The position numbers were made by a program, and so were the translations under genes. A stretch of DNA of 35,582 nt from a virus. This document shows, piece by piece, positions 6,482-14,227 of this stretch. Each line of letters begins with the position of its first letter. Positions within the stretch are counted from its first letter, which is position 1. The stretch covers positions 1-35,582 of IMG/VR virus record IMGVR_UViG_3300009702_000010; one strand, written 5' to 3'. The notes beneath the pieces were generated by a model that was not told the origin of the DNA, did not search any database, and saw only the letters and a program-made list of their open reading frames with translations.

Positions 6482-7116
6482 CCGATTACCCTCCACTCCC
6501 GTTTGGGCTGCGCCAGATCCCACAGGAACCATGAGCACGGCCGCGTGCCTGTCCCGCGAGCGTTGAATTTCGGCCGCCGACGCAGCGGATAGAGACTCGC
6601 CGCGTGCCTGTCGTGCAGTGCGCCCCATGCGACGCCCGTCGCCCAGTCGTGCTGGAGTAGTGCGCAGACGATTCCGCGACTCGGCGCAGCGAGCTCCAGC
6701 GCGTGCTGGACGAACTCCAGAGCGATAGTCTTGCGAGGACGAGTGAATGGCGGATTCATGAGCACGCAGAGCGGGTGCTTGATGTCACCGAGGTCGAGAC
6801 GCGTGTCTGCGGCGCGTACATCGAGCGTGAGGAAATCCGTGCAGACGGTCCGCGCTACGCCCCAATCGCGAGCCAGATCGGCGTGGCGCTGCTGGTCGAG
6901 CTCTACTGCCGTGATATTCATTGGGTCCAGGGCTACCGCGAGATTCAGCAGGCCTCCGCGCCCGGCGGCGGGCTCGAGGACCTGGACGCGCCGCTCGCCC
7001 ACGGCTCTGGATAGATACGGCCGGATCGGCCAGTAGGCGGACGGTGGTGTCGCCCAGAAATCGAGGTCGCCACCGAACTCCGGAGCTGCGTCTGGCAGCA
7101 GCATCGACTCGCTCAT
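6478..7116 (-). CDS. SAM-dependent methyltransferase with NPPF motif (putative DNA N6-adenine or N4-cytosine MTase), 212 aa
   Basis: VLEPAAGRGGLL (motif I) is followed by VLMNPPFTRP (motif IV). The small size leaves little room for a target-recognition domain. Confidence 0.75.
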   Translation of the reverse strand: MSESMLLPDAAPEFGGDLDFWATPPSAYWPIRPYLSRAVGERRVQVLEPAAGRGGLLNLAVALDPMNITAVELDQQRHADLARDWGVARTVCTDFLTLDVRAADTRLDLGDIKHPLCVLMNPPFTRPRKTIALEFVQHALELAAPSRGIVCALLQHDWATGVAWGALHDRHAASLYPLRRRPKFNARGTGTRPCSWFLWDLAQPKREWRVIG

Positions 7117-7250
7117 CGCAACGCCTCTGCATCACGCTCTGCACTCGCGTTGAACCGGCGGACGACCCAGCGCATGACCGCGGGCGGTGCCCCGTGCTCT
7201 AGCAGCCAGGCGAGCAGGTGCGCCCAGCGACGAGTGCGGTCCGAGATCAT
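7113..7250 (-). CDS. hypothetical small protein, 45 aa
   Basis: ATG 7250 overlaps the ERF stop (ATGA), and its own stop overlaps the MTase start (ATGA at 7113-7116). Confidence 0.45.
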   Translation of the reverse strand: MISDRTRRWAHLLAWLLEHGAPPAVMRWVVRRFNASAERDAEALR

Positions 7251-7984
7251 CGGGCTCCCTGCTCGCCCTTCGACGCGCGGATCTGCTGCCGGACGACTTC
7301 TAGATCTGCGTGTGTCCACTCTCGTCGCGAGCGCCCGAGCTCCTGCTCGATCGCCTCGACATCCAGGCCCGCGCGGATGGCCGCCGCCTCGGCGTACAGG
7401 TTTTTTTTGCTGTCGACGGCATCCTCCGCCGTCTCTCCAGCCTCCAACATGTCCGCGGTTGCGATGCCCAGCAACGCCAGCGCCGTGTAGCGCTCCAGCA
7501 TCGTGACGGTGGACAGCACCGCCTGTGCGGAGTTCTTGTTGCCCGATGTGTCGGGCGGCGCGCTGAGGGTCTGCGTCTTCATGTGCCCTCCAACGTGCGT
7601 CAGCTCTGCCGTCACGCTCACTGTCCGGTCGTCGGATGCGGTGGTCCAGGTCAGCGCAAATCCGTGTCGCACCAGATGCGGAGTCACAGCCTCGAGCGCG
7701 CCCGATAGCGATGTGTGGGTGTACGTTGTCCGCACCCCAGCGCGGTTTTTGTAGTCCACGAGCGTATCGCGGCACAGCACCGCCGGCAGTTCGGCCTTGA
7801 GCGCGGTCAAAGCGCTGGTGAACGCACGGAGGCTCTCTGCCGCCTCGAACTCCCGTTGCAGCTCGAGGAAATCGCGCAGCTCGGCAGCGGTCGCTCCGCT
7901 CTTGATCGCCGCCTGGACGATCGGATGGATCACGGCCGCTGGCTCCGCCTGGACTATCTGGATCTTGTCATGCGCATCTGTCAT
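7247..7984 (-). CDS. erf: ERF-family single-strand annealing protein, 245 aa
   Basis: Start at ATG 7984 (MTDAHDKIQIV...) shares one nt with the upstream TGA. AFTSALTALKAELPAV...YKNRAGVRTTYTHTSLSGALEAVTPHLVRHGFALTW...HVGGH...RYTALALLGI fits the ERF pattern by eye. Confidence 0.85.
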   Translation of the reverse strand: MTDAHDKIQIVQAEPAAVIHPIVQAAIKSGATAAELRDFLELQREFEAAESLRAFTSALTALKAELPAVLCRDTLVDYKNRAGVRTTYTHTSLSGALEAVTPHLVRHGFALTWTTASDDRTVSVTAELTHVGGHMKTQTLSAPPDTSGNKNSAQAVLSTVTMLERYTALALLGIATADMLEAGETAEDAVDSKKNLYAEAAAIRAGLDVEAIEQELGRSRREWTHADLEVVRQQIRASKGEQGAR

Positions 7985-8784
7985 CAGAACTCTCCCTCCG
8001 GGTCTACGCTCTCTCCCATGCCCGCCGCCCACGGAGGCAGTTCCCACTCGACCAGATCCGGCGCCATGCCGGGCCAGCGTCCCACGGTCATGCAGTCGCG
8101 GTAGGTGCGGAATGCCCGGGTCCACAGCGCGCGCCCTGCTGCCAGCATCGCCTCGCTGACCGGGCCGGCTACCACGTCGTGCGCATCACCCGACTGCACG
8201 AATACGAGCATGGGCGCCTCCGTTACGGCGAGGCCCGCCGCTATCGCTCCGTCGTGATACCATGCGAGCTGTCCCGCATAGAGGTAGCTCGCCATGTCGC
8301 GCCGCATGCCATCGACATCACTCCGCCGCGTGGATTTGAGGTCGCCGATCCGGTCCGCCATGAGCAGGTCGAGCCGCGCCTTGCACGCGATGCCGTCGAT
8401 CTCCCACTGGATGGTCCGCTCCCTGTCTGCCGCCTCGATGAGCGGCCACACAACGTGCGCACAGAGGCTCTCCGCGCACTCGATCGCCGTCTGGTAGTCG
8501 GCTGCCGGAATGACCACGCGGTCCGCGTTGTCCGCGATCCACGCCGCTCGCGCCGCCTTGGCCGCCTTGGTTCGGCCGTCGCCGAAGTCCGGTTGCGGTC
8601 GCCATTCGGCGAACCTCTCCGGCTCCAGCGCCGCGCAATGGATCGCTGTACCGAGCGAGTACGCGGGTTTTGTAGGCTCGGGATGCTGGCGGCGATGCTG
8701 GAGCAGTCTCGGGCTGGTCAATATCCATTTGAGTGTGCTCCAGTTGAGCGCTGGGATCGCTACGTATTGCTCGAACGTCATCAT
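7984..8784 (-). CDS. PD-(D/E)XK exonuclease (DUF3799/RecE-like), 266 aa
   Basis: GTAIHCAALEP...KARLDLL...IGDLKSTRR...YLYAGQLAWY fits a D...D-x-K nuclease core. It lies directly upstream of ERF, forming a recombination pair. Confidence 0.8.
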   Translation of the reverse strand: MMTFEQYVAIPALNWSTLKWILTSPRLLQHRRQHPEPTKPAYSLGTAIHCAALEPERFAEWRPQPDFGDGRTKAAKAARAAWIADNADRVVIPAADYQTAIECAESLCAHVVWPLIEAADRERTIQWEIDGIACKARLDLLMADRIGDLKSTRRSDVDGMRRDMASYLYAGQLAWYHDGAIAAGLAVTEAPMLVFVQSGDAHDVVAGPVSEAMLAAGRALWTRAFRTYRDCMTVGRWPGMAPDLVEWELPPWAAGMGESVDPEGEF

Positions 8785-9503
8785 TTCTCCTCCGTCATCA
8801 GCGCGACCGCTCGCGCCTCGATCGTACTCTTGGCAATGGCTCCAACCCGGGCGGCATCGGGGATTGCGTCCAGGTCAATCCCGTTTGGCCCACAGACGTT
8901 GCCGCTGGCCGCCCAGACCATGGCGTCACTCGCTGTGACCGTTGTAAAGAATGCGGCGTGCAGAGCCGCGTATCTCGGCCGGGAAGCGGCGTTGGCAGAC
9001 CGCGCGACGGCTCGCGCAACCCTTGGGATGATGTCTATCGCGTCGGAATGGACACCAGCATTCTGGGCTATTCGGGCGGCCAGGAACACGGCACTCCGGG
9101 CGTCGCTCACGACGCTGCCCCACTCGCTGCGGTCCGCGTGCTCTGCGGCCCAGATCAAATGCTGCAGATCAAATCCCACACACCATGTAGCCAATGCCGC
9201 ACACTCACACGCGAGACGCACGACGCGACACAGATCCAGCGAGTAGCTAGCAACGATCGTACGGCTGCGCGCTACCAGTTGGTCGGAATGTTCCTCTTTG
9301 ATCCGTGCGAGACAAACCCGATGGATCCATGTCGAACGATTTGGCGCGTAACGCAGCGCCGCTATGAGCGTACGCGATGCGTGGAGCCCGCTCTTGCAGA
9401 TTGCGATCGGACCTTCGTGCACCAGGGTTTTGCCGATCGGTGGGATCGGTCTACCGTCTCGCAGCGTCGGTCCGGTTAGATGCCAGGCGAGTGTACCCAT
9501 CAT
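8781..9503 (-). CDS. hypothetical protein, paralog A (conserved ~130-aa N-domain, Ala-rich variable C-region), 240 aa
   Basis: Start MMGTLAWHLTGP... at 9503 overlaps the upstream stop. It is 86/131 identical (hand alignment) to 10092..10694 over the N-terminal domain, and the two share the C-terminal EARAVALMTEE. Confidence 0.75.
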   Translation of the reverse strand: MMGTLAWHLTGPTLRDGRPIPPIGKTLVHEGPIAICKSGLHASRTLIAALRYAPNRSTWIHRVCLARIKEEHSDQLVARSRTIVASYSLDLCRVVRLACECAALATWCVGFDLQHLIWAAEHADRSEWGSVVSDARSAVFLAARIAQNAGVHSDAIDIIPRVARAVARSANAASRPRYAALHAAFFTTVTASDAMVWAASGNVCGPNGIDLDAIPDAARVGAIAKSTIEARAVALMTEEK

Positions 9504-9757
9504 TTCTGCTTCCTCCAGGTGCTCGGTTCGCCTCCCAGTAGATCGCACAGCTCCAACCATGAGAATCCGCCACGCTCTGCAATACGCTCGGCTGACTGGA
9601 TGCGACCATAACGTCGCGCATACTCCTGCCAAGCACGTTCATGCTCTTCCAGGGATATCGTTCCGGGAGGTTTGCAGATCCGTCCCTGCAACGCAGGATG
9701 CCCTGGCGGCAGGCCCCAAGGGCCATCGCCCTGGACAACGATACGCCTCTTCGACAT
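9500..9757 (-). CDS. hypothetical protein, 85 aa
   Basis: Start at ATG 9757 (MSKRRIVVQG...) shares one nt with the upstream TGA. Contains the block QSAERIAERGGFSWLEL. No domain recognised. Confidence 0.6.
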   Translation of the reverse strand: MSKRRIVVQGDGPWGLPPGHPALQGRICKPPGTISLEEHERAWQEYARRYGRIQSAERIAERGGFSWLELCDLLGGEPSTWRKQK

Positions 9758-10095
9758 CACCGCTCCTTCCGTAGGCATGTCGCAACCCACGGACTAGGCC
9801 GACAGGCTACTGCATCTCGCAGGTCCTTCAACGTCGGCGTGGGAAACGCGCTCCGGAAGTAGTCAGGGTCGATGTGGGCGTTTCTTCGCTCATCACGCAT
9901 ACTGAGCGGCCCGAACACCTCGAGTGCGCGAGATAGACACCTCGCGTTGCCGAGATTCAATGCGAGCCAATACATCCACGAGATATTCGTGCAGGCACAC
10001 CAGGCCTCACCCACGGTGCGATACCGCCGCGCGTATGCAATTAACCGGTAGCAAGCATTCATCCGTTGCAGCCAGATCGTCCAGTGCTCCTTCAT
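9757..10095 (-). CDS. hypothetical protein, 112 aa
   Basis: ATG 10095 (MKEHWTIWLQRMNACYRL...) overlaps the paralog B stop as ATGA. The upstream 211 codons of track ORF 9757..10728 overlap paralog B out of frame and are discarded. Confidence 0.6.
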   Translation of the reverse strand: MKEHWTIWLQRMNACYRLIAYARRYRTVGEAWCACTNISWMYWLALNLGNARCLSRALEVFGPLSMRDERRNAHIDPDYFRSAFPTPTLKDLRDAVACRPSPWVATCLRKER

Positions 10096-10694
10096 GAGAT
10101 CTCCTCCGTCATCAGCGCAACAGCGCGGGCCTCGACTACTGGGGGCTTGTTGGCTGCCGCTGCGGATGCCCACAGCGCTGCCCGAGCGCTTGCCCGAGCA
10201 CCTGCCCGATCGGCGGAGTTGGCAGCGGCTTTGGCGTCCCGAGCAGCCGCCAACGCCGATGCGGAGACTGCAGCCTTGATGGCACCGCCAGCGGAGACGC
10301 TGACAGCGCCCCAGTCGCCACGGTCTGCCTGCTCGGACGCCTCGATGAGCTCGGGTAGGTACAGACCCGCACACCACGCGCCCAACGCCGCGCACTCGCA
10401 GGCCAGTCGCACTACTCGCCGTAGGTCTATCGGATAGCTCGCGAGGATCGTGCGACGGCGCGCCACCAGCTTGTCGCGGTGCTCCATCTCGACGCCCTCG
10501 ACCCCGACCCGATGGATCCACGCCGCGCTTTGCGGTGCGCAGCTCAGAGCGTCGATCAGTCGCCGCGAGGCATGGAGACCACGTTGGCCGATCGCGATCG
10601 GACCTTCGTGCACCAGCGTCACTCCGATTGACGGGATGGGCGCTCCGCCCCTGAGCCTCGGGCCAGTGAGATGCCAGACGAGCGTGCTCATCAC
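10092..10694 (-). CDS. hypothetical protein, paralog B, 200 aa
   Basis: MMSTLVWHLTGPRLRGG... has the same N-domain as 8781..9503. It has the same start/stop junction architecture (G-TGA-TG versus A-TGA-TG). Confidence 0.75.
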   Translation of the reverse strand: MMSTLVWHLTGPRLRGGAPIPSIGVTLVHEGPIAIGQRGLHASRRLIDALSCAPQSAAWIHRVGVEGVEMEHRDKLVARRRTILASYPIDLRRVVRLACECAALGAWCAGLYLPELIEASEQADRGDWGAVSVSAGGAIKAAVSASALAAARDAKAAANSADRAGARASARAALWASAAAANKPPVVEARAVALMTEEIS

Positions 10695-10966
10695 CGGTCA
10701 CCCCCGATCCCGCTGTGCCATCTCTCATACGGGTCTGGATCGGGCTCGTTCAAGGCCTCGACCAGCGCGGATGGTAGTTGCCCGAGACGTTCGACGTGCC
10801 CTTGCCTAGTGATCTGCGTACCCCCTATTTGAGCCAGCTCAAATGCCCAATCTATCCCGTCCGATCGACTGGTGACCCGCAGGTCCGCCCACACTGCCCC
10901 AGCCTGGCCCGCGAACCACTCCTCTAGCCAGGTCGCCCGCCAGTCGAGGTCGTCGCTAGGTATCAC
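10691..10966 (-). CDS. hypothetical protein, 91 aa
   Basis: GTG 10966 overlaps the upstream stop as GTGA (10963-10966). The upstream part of track ORF 10691..11182 overlaps the previous gene and is discarded. Confidence 0.5.
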   Translation of the reverse strand: MIPSDDLDWRATWLEEWFAGQAGAVWADLRVTSRSDGIDWAFELAQIGGTQITRQGHVERLGQLPSALVEALNEPDPDPYERWHSGIGGDR

Positions 10967-11274
10967 GGCACCACGTCCAGTCCAGCCGCTACGTCGCCGA
11001 GCTGCTCGATGCTCGTCGAGCTGAGCGCGTCGCGGAACGCTGCCAGCGCGCCCTCGGGCGTCCGGCCGGAGAAATGCTCCCCAAGCCGCGAGCTCCAGAT
11101 CGACCAGCTCACCTCGTCGACCCCGTTCCGGCGCCACACGTCCGCGTTGGTGCAAATCAGCTCGCCTGGCGCAAGCGCGCACGCTGCCAGGTGCAGCTCT
11201 GCGTGGGTCAGTGGTGCCTCGCCGACACTAGGCGCAGCGATGGTGTCCGGCTCTGCCGGTGTGGATGTGCTCAT
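10963..11274 (-). CDS. hypothetical protein, 103 aa
   Basis: ATG 11274 has AGGAGG 8 nt upstream. The leader CAGGAGGCTAGAGGC is shared with the gene at 2382. Confidence 0.65.
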   Translation of the reverse strand: MSTSTPAEPDTIAAPSVGEAPLTHAELHLAACALAPGELICTNADVWRRNGVDEVSWSIWSSRLGEHFSGRTPEGALAAFRDALSSTSIEQLGDVAAGLDVVP

Positions 11275-11295
11275 GCCTCTAGCCTCCTGTGTGGA

Positions 11296-11496
11296 CTACC
11301 AGTCCGACGCCGGGATGGCGCCAGACGTCACTCGTTCGATGGCGACTCGACTCGCCTGGCAGGGCCGCGCGGCGCCCGTCTCCCAGCGCGAGACGTAGTG
11401 CTGGTGACTGCGCAGTACCTCTGCCAGATATACCTGGCTCATGCTGCGCTGGCGCCGCCAGGCCCGGAGTCGCTCACCCGCTGTGCGTCGTACCAT
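11296..11496 (-). CDS. XRE/Cro-type HTH transcriptional regulator, 66 aa
   Basis: LRAWRRQRSMSQVYLAEVLRSHQHYVSRWETGAARP fits the HTH_3 pattern. It is the first gene of the minus-strand arm. Confidence 0.8.
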   Translation of the reverse strand: MVRRTAGERLRAWRRQRSMSQVYLAEVLRSHQHYVSRWETGAARPCQASRVAIERVTSGAIPASDW

Positions 11497-11502
11497 CCCC
11501 GA

Positions 11503-11530
11503 AGCATATACACAGCGGCAACGCTGTCAA
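11503..11530 (-). promoter_or_regulatory. Candidate early promoter with embedded operator palindrome; probably leaderless transcript
   Basis: The minus strand reads TTGACA (11530-11525), a 16-nt spacer, TATGCT (11508-11503), 6 nt, then ATG 11496. The inverted repeat ACAGCG-ttgc-CGCTGT (11527-11512) overlaps the -35 element and spacer. Confidence 0.4.
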
Positions 11531-11662
11531 GAAAATTGCGCCCGCTCCGACTCAATGCTGCTCCGGCCTATCTCCAGCGCCGCTGCTCCGCGCCGGCGGG
11601 TGTCGCCACCCGATTTGATCCGAGCCGACCCGAGCCGTCGCCGTCCAGTCGCTGGCCGAGCG

Positions 11663-11680
11663 TAAGTATGCGGAATCACT
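11663..11680 (+). repeat. 18-bp direct repeat R1 (TAAGTATGCGGAATCACT)
   Basis: One of three copies 66 and 68 bp apart in the divergent non-coding region. It matches R2 at 15/18. Confidence 0.75.
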
Positions 11681-11728
11681 AACGGCCCGCTCCGCTGGCC
11701 ACGTTGGCGCCCGCCGGTGTCCAGCGCC

Positions 11729-11746
11729 TAAGTCCGCGGAATCATT
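11729..11746 (+). repeat. 18-bp direct repeat R2 (TAAGTCCGCGGAATCATT)
   Basis: Matches R3 at 16/18. Confidence 0.75.
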
Positions 11747-11796
11747 GACTTCAGTGGACACCGCTTTTTCCTGCTGGCCGAACGCGCGGCCGGACG

Positions 11797-11814
11797 TAAC
11801 TACGCGGAATCATT
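11797..11814 (+). repeat. 18-bp direct repeat R3 (TAACTACGCGGAATCATT)
   Basis: Its 3' end plus flank reads TTGGCT. An AT-rich TATATAGTACTA follows 19-20 nt downstream. Confidence 0.75.
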
Positions 11815-12103
11815 GGCTGACCAGCGCCCATGGCCCCTATATAGTACTACGACGTGAAACAACTCTACTTATCTGGGCGTGGGCGCGCGTAGGCGTGAGA
11901 GGTCTTTTTTGGTTTCCGGTGGACGGCCCGCGGGCCGGTGACCCCATTTCTCCCGTCCTTTTGGAGCGAGATCGCGAATTGCTTAATGATCTTCACGCCG
12001 TCCATCATGTGCTTGATTTTGGGGCCTGTGGACCGCAATCTGGCCCCAGGTTGTGACAATTTGGCGTAAGGTGGGTCGTGAGTGACCCGCATACGGACCG
12101 AAA

Positions 12104-12487
12104 ATGGACTACACACGCGCGCGCGACATCAGAGACCTCCTGGACCTCAGCCAGATCGCCGACCTCGAGCCCGCCGAGCGCACCCAGCGGCTGCTCGAGA
12201 ATGTGGAGGACATCAAGCAGCGCGCTTTTGCTCGGAAAAACACCTACATCAACAAGCAAGGCGAACCGATCGAAATGGATCGCCCCGACTTCCGCGCGGC
12301 GCTCGGTGCGATCCGGCTGGCTGCCGAGCTCACCGGGGCGATTGTGAGCAAGCATGAAATTACGGCGAAGCTGGACTTCCAGGATTGGTCCGAACCCGAG
12401 CTCGAGGCCTACGCGATCGCTGGTACTCTCCCAGCCAGACTCCGCGAGCTGCCGCCGGCTCCGGATGAATCGCTCTCCGACCCATGA
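12104..12487 (+). CDS. putative terminase small subunit, 127 aa
   Basis: It is the first gene of the late arm and is coupled to the large terminase by an ATGA overlap (12484-12487). The assignment rests on position and size only. Confidence 0.55.
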   Translation: MDYTRARDIRDLLDLSQIADLEPAERTQRLLENVEDIKQRAFARKNTYINKQGEPIEMDRPDFRAALGAIRLAAELTGAIVSKHEITAKLDFQDWSEPELEAYAIAGTLPARLRELPPAPDESLSDP

Positions 12488-13890
12488 CGGAGCCCGCTGT
12501 CCGCGCCGAGCTAGTCCGCCGAGCGCTTGTCCGCCGGCAGCTCGAGCGACGGGTCTGGGTGCCGATCACTCCGTCGCCGAAGCAGCAGCGGTTCATCTCG
12601 CTGGATGTCAAGGAATGTCTCATCGGCGGGGCGACGCGATCCGGCAAGACCGACGCGCTGCTGGCCGCAGCTCTGCGGGACGTGCGATATCCCGGCTACA
12701 CGGCAGTGATATTCCGGTCGACGATCGCTGAGACGCGACTGCCGACCGGCCTACAGGAGCTCGCCCACAGATGGCTCGACGACACTGACGCAGTGTGGGA
12801 TGGCCAGGCCAGGACGTGGCGGTTTCCGTCAGGGGCAAAGCTGGTTTTCGCGTATCTCAAGGAGCGAGATTCTCACCTGATGTACAAGGGCAGCGAGTAC
12901 CAGTTCATCGGATTCGACGAGCTGACGCATTTCGGCCGCGTGCAGTACCAGTATCTGCTGTCGCGCTTGAACCGCCCGCGCGACTCGGAGATCCCGCTGC
13001 GCGCCCGCGCGACAACGAACCCTGACGGCCCCGGGTTCGATTGGGTTCTGGAGTATTTCGCGGCGACACATCTCGAGCAGGAGTCGTGGTCTGGGCCGGA
13101 CCGCTGCTACCTCCATGCATCACTCGCCGACAATCCTACGCTGGATGTCCAGGGCTACTCGACGACGCTAGACCTGCTGGACGTGATCACCCGGCGGCGC
13201 CTCCGCGACGGGGAGTGGGTCCGCGACGCCTCGGCGCTGGTCTACGGATTCGATCCGCGCCTCAATGTGTGTGCGGGTCTGCCCGAGCTCAGCCGCTCAG
13301 ACGGATGGCGGCATGTGCTCGGGATCGACTATGGATACCACGACGCTACGGCCCTGGTGATGCTGGCCTACTCGCGCTACCAGCCGGGGATCTACGCGGT
13401 CGACTGTCACGAGGAGTCGGGACTCACGCCATCGGATGTGGCAACTCTGGTCGACGACTGGTCGCTGCGCTATTCGCCGGAGTCGATCGTCGCGGACGTG
13501 GGTGGGCTGGGCAAGGGATACGCCACCGAGTCGACGCAGCGCTATGGCCATGCGATCCACGCGGCGGAAAAGCGCGACAAACTAGGCAATATCCGGCTGC
13601 TGAATGGCGATCTCCAGCATCATCGGCTCTGGGTGCTCGATGGGCCAGCACTGGAGCCACTACGCCGCGAGCTTGCGGAGCTGCCCTGGAAGGACGAGCA
13701 ACATTTGGCCGAGCATCCAGGTTTCCCAAACCATTGCACTGACGCATTGCTCTACGGCTACCGCGAGGCATATCATTGGGCGTCGACCGCCAAGCCGGCT
13801 GAGGATCAGATGAGCGTCGAGGAGATCCGCCTGGACCGCCTGGACCGGGATGCAGCGCGGCGTCAAGCCGCAGAATGGGAGGACTATTGA
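12484..13890 (+). CDS. terL: terminase large subunit, 468 aa
   Basis: Walker A-like GGATRSGKT, Walker B-like QFIGFDELTHF, and the RNaseH-type nuclease block VLGIDYGYHDATALV. Confidence 0.92.
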   Translation: MTEPAVRAELVRRALVRRQLERRVWVPITPSPKQQRFISLDVKECLIGGATRSGKTDALLAAALRDVRYPGYTAVIFRSTIAETRLPTGLQELAHRWLDDTDAVWDGQARTWRFPSGAKLVFAYLKERDSHLMYKGSEYQFIGFDELTHFGRVQYQYLLSRLNRPRDSEIPLRARATTNPDGPGFDWVLEYFAATHLEQESWSGPDRCYLHASLADNPTLDVQGYSTTLDLLDVITRRRLRDGEWVRDASALVYGFDPRLNVCAGLPELSRSDGWRHVLGIDYGYHDATALVMLAYSRYQPGIYAVDCHEESGLTPSDVATLVDDWSLRYSPESIVADVGGLGKGYATESTQRYGHAIHAAEKRDKLGNIRLLNGDLQHHRLWVLDGPALEPLRRELAELPWKDEQHLAEHPGFPNHCTDALLYGYREAYHWASTAKPAEDQMSVEEIRLDRLDRDAARRQAAEWEDY

Positions 13891-13898
13891 GCCGCAAC

Positions 13899-14159
13899 AT
13901 GACCAGCGTATCGAGTGCCCAATTCGTGGACCACGTCCAGCACGCATCGAGTACTGGGCAGGGAGGATTCCGCGATTTGGTCGCCGACTGGGACCGGCGG
14001 GTGCTGATGGCGACGGTCCCGAGGACCGGCCGGCGCGTGGCGATCCCATTTGAGAGAATCCGATTTCTCGAGGTCGAGCCGGAGCCTCTGGCGTCGGCGG
14101 CCCCGGAACCGGAGCCCCCGCCACGCGCCAAGCGCCACAAGGCGGTCCAGTATCGCTAG
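13899..14159 (+). CDS. hypothetical protein, 86 aa
   Basis: ATG 13899 is the first start after the terL stop (13888-13890). The alternative ATG 13875 would overlap terL by 16 nt. No domain recognised. Confidence 0.5.
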   Translation: MTSVSSAQFVDHVQHASSTGQGGFRDLVADWDRRVLMATVPRTGRRVAIPFERIRFLEVEPEPLASAAPEPEPPPRAKRHKAVQYR

Positions 14160-14227
14160 CCGGCCCGCCGCCCAGTCGCCCGGGTCAAACTTGACCCACC
14201 CCACCCGGTGGGTGCATCCTACAGCCC

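Noticed and set aside
11663-11814. The three spaced direct repeats as a small CRISPR array.
   Set aside because: There are only three copies of 18 bp and they are not identical (15-16/18). The ~48-50-bp spacers are longer than usual, no cas genes are present, and a related fourth copy sits alone at 2491. A regulatory or origin function fits better.
11820-12103. A tRNA or other structured RNA gene in the long non-coding region.
   Set aside because: There is no GTTCRANNC T-loop motif or cloverleaf arrangement. Only short hairpins are visible (e.g. GGGGCC...GGCCCC at about 12021-12047, GGGTC...GACCC at 12073-12088). I cannot support an RNA gene call.
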